Counted from the stretch's first letter, positions 18,753 through 28,651 are shown. The stretch: DNA of 64,000 nt from Candidatus Tayloriibacteriota bacterium (GCA_018883165.1 VEQN01000002.1:12134-76133); one strand, 5' to 3'. The notes: generated from the sequence alone by a model not told the origin. A program made the numbers and translations.

Positions 18753-20324
18753 ATGAAAGCACCGGCTGCAATATTTTTTGAAAACAAATTACGTAAGATT
18801 GGTGATGCCCAAGGTAATACTGAAAAAAGAATTTTCCAAAGACCTGATATTACACAAAAGATACAATATGGTGAGATACGAAAAGTGCACTTAACAGGTG
18901 TATGTGGTAAGGCCATGTCGTCACTTGCAGGTCTTTTTGTTGAGGCTGGATTTGTAGTTTCAGGATCTGACGTTGGGTGTTACCCACCAGCAAGTGACAT
19001 GATTGAAGAACTTGGAATTGTATTTTATGAAGGATACTCAGAAGAACATGTGAAGGATAAGGATTTGGTGATTATTGCAAATATGTTTGGCCCTGATAAT
19101 GCAGAAGCAAAATATGTCCGAGAAAATAACATACCAAGTATGTCTATGTCAGAAGCGATTCGGGAGTTTTTCATCAAAGACAAAGAATCTATTGTAATTA
19201 CTGGTACACACGGAAAGACTACGACTACTGGTCTAGCAGCACATGTCTTTATGGCAGCAAAAAGAAATCCGGGATTTGTTGTTGGTGGTGTGGCTGTACC
19301 AACAGTAAACGGAATTACGGAAACAAGTTTTAGTGCTGGTCCAGATAAAAAAGGTGATACGAGTCAAGGACAAAAAGGTTTTTTCATCATCGAAGGTGAT
19401 GAGTACGACACCGCATATTTTGATAAGGCACCTAAGTTTCTCCACTATAAACCAACGATTGCAGTGGTGACATCACTAGAGTTTGATCATGCTGATATAT
19501 ATAGTGATTTTAATGAATATAAGAAATCCTTTGTCTTTTTAGCAGAGGAGGTTTCAAATGATGGACACCTGGTTCTAAATGGCGATAGTGACGAGGTTAC
19601 GAGTCTGGCCCCGCACACATCGGCACATGTCGCATATTACGGTTTAAAAGACATAAATGATTTTGTTGCAAAAGATATTACTGTGACCGAAGAGGGCCAG
19701 AGCTTCACTGTCCTATATAAAGGACAGGATTTGGGAAGGTACTCAATATGTCTTTTTGGTGCATACAATGTAATGAATGCACTTGCCGTGTTCGCGGCAT
19801 CATATCTCTCAGGTCTTTCTCTTGATGAAATTCGAGCGGGTCTGGAAACATTTAAAGGTATGAAAAGACGACAGGAGATAATTGGAAAACCTAAGGGTGT
19901 AATTCTTATCGATGACTTTGCACATCATCCAACCGCTGTTCGAGAAACACTACAGGGTATTCGAGAACATTTCCCAAAGAATAAATTAATAGCCGTATTC
20001 GAGCCAAGATCAAATACAAGTAGAAAGAAAATGTTTGAAGATGATTACGCGCACGCTTTTCAGTCAGCCGATGAACTGTATCTATCAATGCCAGCCCTAA
20101 GAGAAATGGATAATCCCGCTGATTTTATAGATGGAACTGTAATTGTTGAAACTGCTATAAAAGTGTCTAAAAATAAGGATTTTAGAGCGTTTTGTGTACG
20201 TAACTGTGATGAGGTTCTGGAACAGTTGGTGCCTACTCTGAAAGAGGGTGATGTGGTAGTAATGATGAGTAATGGATCGTTTGATGGAATATATGAGAAA
20301 ATTCTGAATAAACTTTCTGCATAG
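18753..20324 (+). CDS. Mur ligase family protein (MurC or Mpl-like)
   Basis: LTGVCGKAMSSLAG...GSD...YPPAS N-domain (Mpl-like YPPxS) and ITGTHGKTTTTGL central-domain P-loop. Start uncertain because a hairpin/T-run lies immediately upstream. Confidence 0.75.
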   Translation: MKAPAAIFFENKLRKIGDAQGNTEKRIFQRPDITQKIQYGEIRKVHLTGVCGKAMSSLAGLFVEAGFVVSGSDVGCYPPASDMIEELGIVFYEGYSEEHVKDKDLVIIANMFGPDNAEAKYVRENNIPSMSMSEAIREFFIKDKESIVITGTHGKTTTTGLAAHVFMAAKRNPGFVVGGVAVPTVNGITETSFSAGPDKKGDTSQGQKGFFIIEGDEYDTAYFDKAPKFLHYKPTIAVVTSLEFDHADIYSDFNEYKKSFVFLAEEVSNDGHLVLNGDSDEVTSLAPHTSAHVAYYGLKDINDFVAKDITVTEEGQSFTVLYKGQDLGRYSICLFGAYNVMNALAVFAASYLSGLSLDEIRAGLETFKGMKRRQEIIGKPKGVILIDDFAHHPTAVRETLQGIREHFPKNKLIAVFEPRSNTSRKKMFEDDYAHAFQSADELYLSMPALREMDNPADFIDGTVIVETAIKVSKNKDFRAFCVRNCDEVLEQLVPTLKEGDVVVMMSNGSFDGIYEKILNKLSA

Positions 20325-20489
20325 GTATTGCACGATTAAAAACCGAGGTATACAATTTATCTTAACTTGCTCTGTTACACACAGAATACAAGCCTTGGTA
20401 CCCAAGACAGGAAGCTTCGCTTGCCGAATGTTTTGAGATGATTACCAATTGCAAGGTGTCAGATCGAAAGAGTTCAACCTCATAGGATC

Positions 20490-20753
20490 ATGAAAACCAT
20501 CAAGCACTTGTTCCTCGCACTGGTCGTGGCCATCGTCGCCACTTCACTCGCAGCCCCAGGCAATCCGCCCGTGACTGCTTCGTCCGCCAAACCCACTGTC
20601 TCCACAGAGCTGGAGCACCTTGGGCTTGGTCCATCCCTGCCGCTGAAAAAGCTGGTCTTGGGCGCCGCCGATACACCGCCGAAACTTGGAGGGAGCACTG
20701 ACGAAGGTCAGGCTGCTGCCGAAGAGACGGTTGGTGCGGTTCTCGTGACCTAA
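20490..20753 (+). CDS. small putative secreted protein in high-GC island
   Basis: Signal peptide MKTIKHLFLALVVAIVATSLA then Pro/Ala/Gly-rich region; about 58% GC versus 40% background; coding status uncertain. Confidence 0.3.
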   Translation: MKTIKHLFLALVVAIVATSLAAPGNPPVTASSAKPTVSTELEHLGLGPSLPLKKLVLGAADTPPKLGGSTDEGQAAAEETVGAVLVT

Positions 20754-20796
20754 GCGATTACCAAGCGCACAAGTTAAGGTCAGTTGAATACTCTGC

Positions 20797-20865
20797 ACCC
20801 GCAGAACCTTGAGAATCGCCATCTGAGTATGGTTGAATCAACGGGTTCTGCGGGCTTTTTGTTGA
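20797..20865 (+). terminator. long hairpin plus T-run after GC-island ORF
   Basis: cccgcagaacc...ggttctgcggg then cttttt; a second weaker hairpin (tgcgtgtaaaacgca tttttt) lies at 20899-20925. Confidence 0.45.
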
Positions 20866-21131
20866 CTTTACTGGCTTTTTTGCTACTATCTGACTCGGTG
20901 CGTGTAAAACGCATTTTTTATCTGGTATCTTTGGTCTGCATTATTAATTTTATTAGTAAATTCCGGTCCAAAGCAATGCTGATAATTTTATTTATCATTA
21001 ATTAACATAATCGTATTAATTGGGAACTCGGTAGGTTTTTAAGGCGATTATATGGCGTAAAATAACACTCTATTGTGAAGTTGCCATATATCACCCCGGC
21101 TTACGGAGATAGCAATTAAGCAAAATACAAT

Positions 21132-22322
21132 ATGGCTGAATCATTCGATCGATCAAAACCTCACCTAAACGTAGGTACTATTGGTCACGTAGACCACGGT
21201 AAGACAACTCTTACTGCGGCTATTCTTAACACATTGGCTCGAGCTGGAAAGCAAGCTACAGTAAAGAATGTAAATGATATCGACAAGGCTCCTGAAGAAA
21301 AAGCACGAGGTATTACAATCTCACTTTCTCACTCAGAGTACGCAACAGACGCTCGACACTATGCGCACATTGACGCTCCAGGTCACGCGGACTACATCAA
21401 GAACATGATTACTGGTGCAGCGCAGATGGACGGTGCTATCCTCGTGGTAGCAGCGACTGACGGTGCGATGCCACAAACTCGAGAACACGTTCTCTTGGCT
21501 AAGCAGGTAGGTGTGCCAAAGATCATCGTATTCTTGAACAAGTGTGATATGGTTCCAGATGCTGACATGCTCGACCTTGTAGAAGCTGAAATCCGAGAAC
21601 TTCTAGCGAAGAACGGATTCGATGAAAACGCTCCTGTTATCAGAGGTTCTGCTCTCAAGGCTCTTGAAGATGAATCAGGTCAGGGTGAATGGTCACAGAA
21701 GGTTCTCGAACTCGCGAACGCTCTTGATACATACATTCCAGTTCCTGTTCGAGAAACTGACAAACCATTCCTTATGCCTATCGAAGACATTTTCTCTATC
21801 GAAGGTCGAGGAACTGTAGTTACAGGTAAGATTGAACGAGGTATGGTAAAAGTTGGTGAAGAAATTGAAATTGTAGGTCTTAAGGATACTACAAAGACAA
21901 CTGTTACTGGTATCGAAATGTTCAACAAGCAGCTTAACGAAGGTATGGCTGGAGACAACGCTGGTATCCTTCTCCGAGGTGCTAAGAAAGAAGATCTTAC
22001 ACGAGGTCAGGTTATCGCTAAGACAGGTTCAGTAACTCCACACACAGAATTTGAAGCTGAAGTGTACATCCTTAAGAAGGAAGAAGGTGGACGACATACT
22101 CCATTCTTCACAGGTTACAAGCCACAGTTCTACGTACGAACTACAGACGTTACTGGTGAAGTAACTCTAAAGGAAGGTGTAGAAATGGTTATGCCTGGTG
22201 ACACAGTAACATTCAAGGTTAAACTCGTAGCTCCTATTGCTCTTGAAGACAAGCAGCGATTTGCTATCCGAGAAGGAGGTAAAACTGTAGGTGCTGGTGT
22301 AGTTACAAAGATTGTTGCGTAA
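21132..22322 (+). CDS. tuf: elongation factor Tu
   Basis: [10 protein letters not shown] motif, 396 aa. Confidence 0.97.
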   Translation: MAESFDRSKPHLNVGTIGHVDHGKTTLTAAILNTLARAGKQATVKNVNDIDKAPEEKARGITISLSHSEYATDARHYAHIDAPGHADYIKNMITGAAQMDGAILVVAATDGAMPQTREHVLLAKQVGVPKIIVFLNKCDMVPDADMLDLVEAEIRELLAKNGFDENAPVIRGSALKALEDESGQGEWSQKVLELANALDTYIPVPVRETDKPFLMPIEDIFSIEGRGTVVTGKIERGMVKVGEEIEIVGLKDTTKTTVTGIEMFNKQLNEGMAGDNAGILLRGAKKEDLTRGQVIAKTGSVTPHTEFEAEVYILKKEEGGRHTPFFTGYKPQFYVRTTDVTGEVTLKEGVEMVMPGDTVTFKVKLVAPIALEDKQRFAIREGGKTVGAGVVTKIVA

Positions 22323-22381
22323 GCAATGTCTTGCCTATGTAACCACGTATGTGGAAATGTAGGAAAACTAATTCATTCACA

Positions 22382-22738
22382 ATGGCTGTAAAAGAAACAA
22401 CAAAAAAGAAATCAGCCGGAAAAGAAGACGGTGTTGCAAAACTTCGAATTCGAGTGCGAGCATATGAATCAAAAATCATAGACGCCTCAATTAAGCAGAT
22501 CATGGATACAGCGCTTCGATACGATGCGACTATCCTTGGTCCAGTTCCTCTCCCAACTGAAAAGAGAATCTATACTGTAAACCGAGCTTCATTCGTGTAC
22601 AAAAATGCACGAGAGCAGTTCGAGATGCGAGTACATAAACGACTCCTCGATATAGTGAACCCTTCAGCGAAAGTAATTGAAGCTTTGACTAATCTTAGTC
22701 TTCCTTCTGGCGTAAACATTGATGTGAAGATGATCTAA
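22382..22738 (+). CDS. rpsJ: 30S ribosomal protein S10 (N-terminal Lys-rich extension)
   Basis: LRIRVRAYESKIID...GPVPLPT core; start set at MAVKE. Confidence 0.9.
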   Translation: MAVKETTKKKSAGKEDGVAKLRIRVRAYESKIIDASIKQIMDTALRYDATILGPVPLPTEKRIYTVNRASFVYKNAREQFEMRVHKRLLDIVNPSAKVIEALTNLSLPSGVNIDVKMI

Positions 22739-22788
22739 GTGTACGTAAGTCGCACAGATTGTCCTCAACAGATGTAATCAACAAAAAC

Positions 22789-23382
22789 ATGAAATTCATA
22801 TTAGGAACAAAACAGAATATGACTCAACTCTTCGATGAGGAGGGCAAAGTTCATCCGGTTACAGTCATTAAGACTGGCGACATGGTTGCTGTTCAAACTA
22901 AAACAAAAATCAAAGATGGCTATGATGCCGTTCAGGTTGGTTTTGGTACGAAGAGTGCTAAGAGGATTAACCAAGCACAGAAGGGTCATATGAAAGAAGG
23001 AAATTATCTTTACCTCAAAGAAATCAAAGATACGCAAGCGGGCGTTGGCGACAAAATTGAATCAACTCTCGAAGCAGGAGACATCGTAGCTGTTTCTGCA
23101 ATCTCAAAGTCTAAAGGCTTTCAGGGTGTAGTAAAGCGACATGGATTCCACGGAGGGCCACGATCTCACGGTCAGAAGCACTCAGAGCGAGAACCAGGTT
23201 CTATTGGCGCAGGTGGTTACCAGCGAGTATTTAAAGGTCGAAAAATGGCAGGACGAACAGGTGGTGATCGAGTAACTGTAAAGAATCTTGTGGTGATGCA
23301 TGTTGATAAGGATGCACAGGAGATTTACGTTCGAGGCGCTATCCCTGGTCGAACTGGAACACTTGTAGAAATACGAGGTTAA
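22789..23382 (+). CDS. rplC: 50S ribosomal protein L3
   Basis: MKFILGTKQNMTQLF... L3 N-terminus; start set at MKFIL. Confidence 0.9.
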   Translation: MKFILGTKQNMTQLFDEEGKVHPVTVIKTGDMVAVQTKTKIKDGYDAVQVGFGTKSAKRINQAQKGHMKEGNYLYLKEIKDTQAGVGDKIESTLEAGDIVAVSAISKSKGFQGVVKRHGFHGGPRSHGQKHSEREPGSIGAGGYQRVFKGRKMAGRTGGDRVTVKNLVVMHVDKDAQEIYVRGAIPGRTGTLVEIRG

Positions 23383-23406
23383 TCTTCACTAAACTAACGA
23401 AATACT

Positions 23407-24105
23407 ATGGCTAAGAAAACAACAAAAGAAAGTACAGAAAAGTTGGAGGTGAAGGTATACGACCAGAGTGGTAAGGCGGTAAGTGATGTATCACTTCCTA
23501 CAAATATCTTCGGTCTTCCAAAGAATGCCGACTTGGTTCACCAGGTTGTAACATCTATGGAAAGCTCAGCTCGAGAACCTATTGCTCACACAAAAACTCG
23601 AGGAGAAGTTAGAGGAGGTGGTAAGAAGCCTTGGCAGCAGAAAGGTACTGGTCGAGCACGACACGGATCATCTAGATCTCCGATCTGGGTAGGTGGAGGT
23701 GTTGCTCACGGTCCTCGAAATGACAAGAACTACAACCGAAAGGTGAACAAGAAGATGAAGGCTAAAGCTATCTACACAATTCTCTCTGAGAAACTACGAG
23801 ATGGTGAAGCGCTTTTCTTGAATGCTCTTACACTTGAGAATCCAAAAACAACTGAAGCTAAGTCAGTTCTTAGTAAGCTCGGAACAATCAAGGGATATGA
23901 AGCTGTTTCAACACGACGAAACAATGCTGCACTCATCCTTGTTCCTGAACTTACACAGAACGTGAAGCTTGGTTTCAGAAACATGGGTAACGTTGAAGTT
24001 ATCGAAACTCGAAACGTGAATCCAGTAACTCTTCTACAATACAAGTTTGTAGTAGTTACAAATCCTGAAGCTGCCATTATTACTCTCGATTCTAAGATGA
24101 AATAA
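23407..24105 (+). CDS. rplD: 50S ribosomal protein L4
   Basis: GGGKKPWQQKGTGRAR motif. Confidence 0.92.
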   Translation: MAKKTTKESTEKLEVKVYDQSGKAVSDVSLPTNIFGLPKNADLVHQVVTSMESSAREPIAHTKTRGEVRGGGKKPWQQKGTGRARHGSSRSPIWVGGGVAHGPRNDKNYNRKVNKKMKAKAIYTILSEKLRDGEALFLNALTLENPKTTEAKSVLSKLGTIKGYEAVSTRRNNAALILVPELTQNVKLGFRNMGNVEVIETRNVNPVTLLQYKFVVVTNPEAAIITLDSKMK

Positions 24106-24110
24106 CAGTC

Positions 24111-24404
24111 ATGAATACTTCAATCAAAAAGCACAACATGGATGTTATCAAGCGTCCTCGAATCACAGAGAAAGCAGCAATTGCATCAGAGAAAGGAACA
24201 TACGTGTTCGAAGTAACTGGTAACGCAACAAAAGCGGCAATTAAAGCAGCTGTGAAGGAACTCTATAAAGTAACTCCTGTTTCAGTGAACGTTGCTAAAA
24301 ACCCAGTCAAAAAAACTTATGTTCGTGGTAAAAAAGGAACAAAAGGTGGCGTGGTTAAAGCATACGTTACACTTAAAAAGGGTGACAAAATAGAGCTCGC
24401 ATAA
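24111..24404 (+). CDS. rplW: 50S ribosomal protein L23
   Basis: 97 aa, position and sequence typical. Confidence 0.9.
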   Translation: MNTSIKKHNMDVIKRPRITEKAAIASEKGTYVFEVTGNATKAAIKAAVKELYKVTPVSVNVAKNPVKKTYVRGKKGTKGGVVKAYVTLKKGDKIELA

Positions 24405-24421
24405 TCTGGAACAATACGAAT

Positions 24422-25264
24422 ATGAAACGATATAAACCAACAAGTCCATCACGACGAAATATGACAACGGTAACTTACCGTGGCGTATTGACTGGTGATG
24501 CTCCAGAAAAAAGCCTCGTTCATGGATTTACACGATCCATGGGACGAAACAACCGAGGCCGAATTACTACTCGACATAAGGGGGGTGGTAACAAACGATT
24601 GTTCCGAGATGTAGACTTCACATACGACAAGAAGAATATCCCAGCGAAAATTAAAACAGTTGAATATGATCCAAACCGAACAGCATTCATTGGTCTTGCA
24701 GTATATGCAGACGGTGAGAAGCGATACGTTGTGGTTCCAAAATCAACTAAGCCTGGTCAGAAATTCATCGTTTCTGAAAAAGCTGAAGTTACAGCCGGTA
24801 ACCGACTTCCTTTGATCAACATCCCAGTGGGTACATTCGTGTACAACATTGAGCTTCGACCAAACGGCGGTGCTAAGCTTGTGCGATCAGCGGGTAACTA
24901 TGCTGAAGTAATCGCGCACGACGAAGGATATGCTCTCTTGAAGCTTCCATCTACTGAAGTTCGAAAAGTTATTGCTACTTCTTGGGCAACTGTCGGAGAA
25001 GTATCAAATGACGAGAACTGGCTCCAGAACTGGGGCAAAGCTGGTAAGAGTCGATGGCGAGGTATTCGACCTACAGTCCGAGGTACAGCCATGAACCCTG
25101 TGGATCATCCACACGGAGGAGGTGAAGGCCGACAAGGACGAGGACGAAGACGAGCTATCTCATTCTACGGAAAGCCAACAGGAAAGGGACAGAAGTCACG
25201 AACTCCAAAGAAATATTCAAACCGACTTATCGTTTCACGACGACGAGTTGGCAAGAACAAGTAA
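24422..25264 (+). CDS. rplB: 50S ribosomal protein L2
   Basis: 280 aa with GRNNRGRITTRHKGGG and HPHGGGEG motifs. Confidence 0.95.
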   Translation: MKRYKPTSPSRRNMTTVTYRGVLTGDAPEKSLVHGFTRSMGRNNRGRITTRHKGGGNKRLFRDVDFTYDKKNIPAKIKTVEYDPNRTAFIGLAVYADGEKRYVVVPKSTKPGQKFIVSEKAEVTAGNRLPLINIPVGTFVYNIELRPNGGAKLVRSAGNYAEVIAHDEGYALLKLPSTEVRKVIATSWATVGEVSNDENWLQNWGKAGKSRWRGIRPTVRGTAMNPVDHPHGGGEGRQGRGRRRAISFYGKPTGKGQKSRTPKKYSNRLIVSRRRVGKNK

Positions 25265-25281
25265 CATCGCGAGATATACGC

Positions 25282-25310
25282 AAAAAAGCCCTAGAAATGG
25301 GGCTTTTTTG
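25282..25310 (+). terminator. rho-independent terminator after rplB
   Basis: agccctagaaatggggct hairpin (GAAA loop) then tttttt; an unusual break inside the S10 operon. Confidence 0.65.
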
Positions 25311-25324
25311 TTATATATAAAAGC

Positions 25325-25367
25325 AAACCCTGCGAGTCTCACTGGACTTCACAGGGTTTGTGTTTTT
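25325..25367. terminator. second hairpin plus T-run, probably terminator for minus-strand gene 25376..25651
   Basis: aaaccctg...cagggttt stem with T-run on both strands. Confidence 0.4.
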
Positions 25368-25375
25368 GCGGTGCG

Positions 25376-25651
25376 TTAAATTGCCACTAATGTTCCGTTG
25401 GGGTCGTATGTGACACTCACCACGGTGCTGCTCAGGGTGTTTCCCTCAAGAACACTGTAGCCCCGCATTTCGCCGGGGTTGAGTGCTACGACACCGAATC
25501 CTCCGTCGGTTTTTTTATAGAGGACAGGGTGGACTTGAAGCCCTGCACCGGAGAATGCTGCTCTGATACCGGGAATTTGCTTGTTTGCGGTCTCGATGGA
25601 TGTGAATGTAATGTTCTTCGACATGGGTGGAATGTGTTCGTGTTTGTTCAC
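25376..25651 (-). CDS. hypothetical small protein in high-GC island, inserted between rplB and rpsS
   Basis: 91 aa ORF, about 52% GC, flanked by terminators; no confident family assignment. Confidence 0.4.
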   Translation of the reverse strand: MNKHEHIPPMSKNITFTSIETANKQIPGIRAAFSGAGLQVHPVLYKKTDGGFGVVALNPGEMRGYSVLEGNTLSSTVVSVTYDPNGTLVAI

Positions 25652-25828
25652 GATCGGACAGACAGTTGTCGTCTTGGTTCAACCGTGATATCAAAAAACG
25701 TATATTTGTAGCCATACATTTGCTAGTATCACAGTTGAACGATTTCCACCAAAGATTGATTCTGGTGGAGACAATACTACTCATGTGTGAATGTGTCAAA
25801 AAACAGCTATGTTTCCTTGTGGAAGCAT

Positions 25829-25856
25829 TTGACATACTTTTCATTTCTGCTAATAT
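25829..25856 (+). promoter_or_regulatory. strong candidate promoter for rpsS-to-secY transcript
   Basis: TTGACA-16 nt-TGcTAATAT (extended -10), about 100 nt upstream of rpsS. Confidence 0.45.
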
Positions 25857-25911
25857 GCTCCACATAAGCTCTGTTAGGGCTATTATTTTTCGCAGTAAGT
25901 TATGTGAAAGA

Positions 25912-25936
25912 TAGATACTGAAAAGTATCTCTTTTT
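25912..25936 (+). promoter_or_regulatory. leader hairpin/attenuator-like element upstream of rpsS
   Basis: agatact-gaaa-agtatct inverted repeat followed by ctttttc, 23 nt before the rpsS ATG. Confidence 0.35.
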
Positions 25937-25958
25937 CATAAGACACTGCTACAACACA

Positions 25959-26303
25959 ATGACACGATCACTCAAAAAAGGTCCATACGTTGAATCTCGA
26001 CTTCTTAAGAAGATTGAGGGAAAGAACCCAAGAGAAACTGGGGTTATTAAGACTTGGTATCGACGAAGCCAGATCTCTCCAGAAATGGTTGGTTTTACAT
26101 TTGGCGTATACAACGGAAAGGTGCACGTTGAAGTGCTTGTAACAGAAGATATGGTAGGCCACAGACTAGGTGAATTCTCTCCAACACGAAAATTTGTTCG
26201 ACACGGAGGTAAGATGCAGAAGGAACTTGATGCAGCTAAGAAGCAGGCTGAAATTGATTCAGCAAAAGCTGCTAAGGCCACAGCAACTGACGCTAAAAAA
26301 TAA
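25959..26303 (+). CDS. rpsS: 30S ribosomal protein S19 (Lys/Ala-rich C-terminal extension)
   Basis: [12 protein letters not shown]-terminus; 114 aa versus about 92 typical. Confidence 0.93.
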   Translation: MTRSLKKGPYVESRLLKKIEGKNPRETGVIKTWYRRSQISPEMVGFTFGVYNGKVHVEVLVTEDMVGHRLGEFSPTRKFVRHGGKMQKELDAAKKQAEIDSAKAAKATATDAKK

Positions 26304-26321
26304 TTAATATAAATTCTTACC

Positions 26322-26690
26322 ATGAAAGCAATCCTACGAAACTATAGACAATCTCCACGAAAAGTAAGCCTAGCGGCAGGACTTGTACGTGGTAAGAAGG
26401 TTAAAGATGCACTCACTCAGCTTAACTTCACAGTAAAGCGAGCTTCTTCTCCTGTTGCTAAACTTATCGAAAGTGCGGTATCAAATGCAAAGAATGCAGG
26501 TGTAGTAGACACTGATTCATTGATTGTAAAAGAAATTCGAGTTGATAAAGGAATTGTTCTCAAGAGAATGATGCCACGAGCTCGAGGTTCTGCATCACGA
26601 ATCAACAAGCGATCATCACATGTGATGGTTGTTCTTGCTGAACCTACAGAGTCGAAAAAGAAAGCTAAAGCTAAAAAAGCAACAAAGTAA
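26322..26690 (+). CDS. rplV: 50S ribosomal protein L22
   Basis: Sequence and order. Confidence 0.92.
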   Translation: MKAILRNYRQSPRKVSLAAGLVRGKKVKDALTQLNFTVKRASSPVAKLIESAVSNAKNAGVVDTDSLIVKEIRVDKGIVLKRMMPRARGSASRINKRSSHVMVVLAEPTESKKKAKAKKATK

Positions 26691-26705
26691 TATTTAATCA
26701 ATAAC

Positions 26706-27362
26706 ATGTCACATACAGTACACCCATACGCACATAGACTAGGTATCATCAAGGGATGGAAATCTCGATGGTTTTCAATGCACGGTCAGTTCCGAAACAA
26801 TCTTAAGGCTGATATTCTCCTCCGAGAATTCCTCGCAAAGAAGCTTCGAAGTATGTATGTTGCTGATGTTGAGATTGAGCGAAACGACAAGAGTTTCCGA
26901 GTTATCATCAAAACATCACGACCTGGTATCATCATTGGACGAAACGGTGAAGGTGTAACTAAACTTAAAAACGATATCCTCGCGTTCCTCAAGAAGATTG
27001 ATGTTTCTGTAAAAGGTGATTTCAAACTTGAAATCGAAGAAGTTAAGTCTCCAGAAGCAAGTGCTTCAATTGTTGCTCAGATGATTGCAGAAGGTCTTGA
27101 AAAGCGAATGCCTTTCCGACGAGTAATGAAGCAGATGATTGATAAGGTTATGGCATGTCGAGAAGTGAAGGGTGTACGAATCTTCCTATCAGGACGACTT
27201 GGTGGTGCTGAAATGGCACGACAAGAAGAACTAAAGAAGGGTCGAGTTCCACTTCAGACTATTCGAGCTGATATTGACTTCAAGCGATTTGAAGCAAATC
27301 TTCCTTACGGAAATATCGGTATCAAGGTTTGGGTTTATAAAGGTGACGTTTTTAAGAAGTAA
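26706..27362 (+). CDS. rpsC: 30S ribosomal protein S3
   Basis: 218 aa, KH-domain region, order. Confidence 0.95.
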   Translation: MSHTVHPYAHRLGIIKGWKSRWFSMHGQFRNNLKADILLREFLAKKLRSMYVADVEIERNDKSFRVIIKTSRPGIIIGRNGEGVTKLKNDILAFLKKIDVSVKGDFKLEIEEVKSPEASASIVAQMIAEGLEKRMPFRRVMKQMIDKVMACREVKGVRIFLSGRLGGAEMARQEELKKGRVPLQTIRADIDFKRFEANLPYGNIGIKVWVYKGDVFKK

Positions 27363-27371
27363 TTTACTACC

Positions 27372-27794
27372 ATGTTGTATCCTAAGAAAGTAAAATTCAG
27401 AAAGTGGCAGAAGAACCGACAGAACCCAAAGTTCATTGGTGCTGAAACACGAGGTACTGATCTTAGCTTCGGATCATTTGGTCTTAAAGCTACTTCATAC
27501 AACCAACTTACATCTAACCAGATTGAATCTGCTCGAAAGGTAATTGCACGATCAGCTGGTAAAACAGGCCGAATCTGGATCCGAGTTTTCCCAGACCGAC
27601 CATTTACTCAGAAGGCTGCTGAAGTACCGATGGGTAAGGGTAAAGGTGAACCACAAGGCTTCTGTGTAGATGTACTTCCTGGTCGAATCATCTTCGAAAT
27701 TGACGGTATTCCAGCAGATGTTGCGCGAGAAGCTCTTCGAAAGGCTGGAACAAAGCTTCCTGTAAAAGCTAAAGTAGTTGCGCGAGCACATTAA
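27372..27794 (+). CDS. rplP: 50S ribosomal protein L16
   Basis: MLYPKKVKFRK N-terminus. Confidence 0.95.
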   Translation: MLYPKKVKFRKWQKNRQNPKFIGAETRGTDLSFGSFGLKATSYNQLTSNQIESARKVIARSAGKTGRIWIRVFPDRPFTQKAAEVPMGKGKGEPQGFCVDVLPGRIIFEIDGIPADVAREALRKAGTKLPVKAKVVARAH

Positions 27795-27811
27795 TTCTTA
27801 ATTTAAATACC

Positions 27812-28006
27812 ATGGCAGACTTCAAAGGAAAAAACAAAAAAGAATTAGTGAAGCTTCTCAATGAGAAGAAGGATGAGCCACGAGCATTCAAGCTTGGTAA
27901 CTCACGATCAAAGACAAAGAACGTGAAAGAGGGTCGAAACATCCGAAAAGATGTAGCACGAATCATGACTGAACTAACATCAGTAATGAAAGCTGATAAC
28001 AAATAA
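27812..28006 (+). CDS. rpmC: 50S ribosomal protein L29
   Basis: 64 aa, order and sequence. Confidence 0.9.
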   Translation: MADFKGKNKKELVKLLNEKKDEPRAFKLGNSRSKTKNVKEGRNIRKDVARIMTELTSVMKADNK

Positions 28007-28020
28007 TTTAAATTACAAAC

Positions 28021-28269
28021 ATGACTAAGACACAAACAACTTCAAAGAAACGAGTACTCACAGGAGTAGTGGTATCTGACAAAATGAAAGATACTTGCAC
28101 TGTTCTTGTAGAACGATTCGTAAAGCTTCCAAAGTACGAAAAGTATGTAACCGTTACGAAGAAGTATAAGGCTCACAACCCTGGGAACACTAAGAAAATT
28201 GGTGACAAGGTTTCAATTGAGGAGTGTCGACCTATCTCAAAAGATAAGAAATTTATTGTAATAAACTAA
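28021..28269 (+). CDS. rpsQ: 30S ribosomal protein S17
   Basis: 82 aa, order. Confidence 0.92.
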   Translation: MTKTQTTSKKRVLTGVVVSDKMKDTCTVLVERFVKLPKYEKYVTVTKKYKAHNPGNTKKIGDKVSIEECRPISKDKKFIVIN

Positions 28270-28270
28270 C

Positions 28271-28651
28271 ATGATTCAGCCACGATCAATAGTATCAATA
28301 GCGGATAACTCAGGTGCTACAATAGGCCGAGTATTCAAAGTTCTCGGAAGTTCAAAGAAGCGATATGCTGAACTTGGGGAAGTCGTAGTTATCTCAATCC
28401 AAAAAGCTCAGCCACGAAAGAGTGTAAAGAAGAAGGATGTACACAAGGCTGTAGTAGTACGACAGAAGAAAGCATACCGACGAAAAGATGGTTCATACGT
28501 TCGATTCGACGAGAATGCAGTTGTACTTCTAGTTAAAGCTGGTAAGGATAAGACTGAACCGTTGGCAGGTCGAATCTTCGGTCCAATTCCACGAGAGCTC
28601 CAGGAAGCTGGATATCAGAAGATTGCATCTCTTGCACCTGAAATCGTATAG
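28271..28651 (+). CDS. rplN: 50S ribosomal protein L14
   Basis: MIQPRSIVSIADNSGA N-terminus. Confidence 0.95.
   Translation: MIQPRSIVSIADNSGATIGRVFKVLGSSKKRYAELGEVVVISIQKAQPRKSVKKKDVHKAVVVRQKKAYRRKDGSYVRFDENAVVLLVKAGKDKTEPLAGRIFGPIPRELQEAGYQKIASLAPEIV

Noticed and set aside
20340-20900. Possibility that the GC-rich island is tmRNA, SRP RNA or RNase P RNA
   Set aside because: No tRNA-like acceptor/T-arm (GGTTCGANTCC...CCA) for tmRNA, no GGAAGCAGCCAAGG-type SRP domain IV, and no RNase P conserved boxes seen by eye. Kept only as an unspecified RNA-or-HGT candidate.
25515-25946. 143-aa minus-strand ORF overlapping the small GC-rich gene and the rpsS promoter region
   Set aside because: It overlaps a strong promoter and leader, has low-complexity translation, and is in conflict with the better-delimited ORF 25376..25651.
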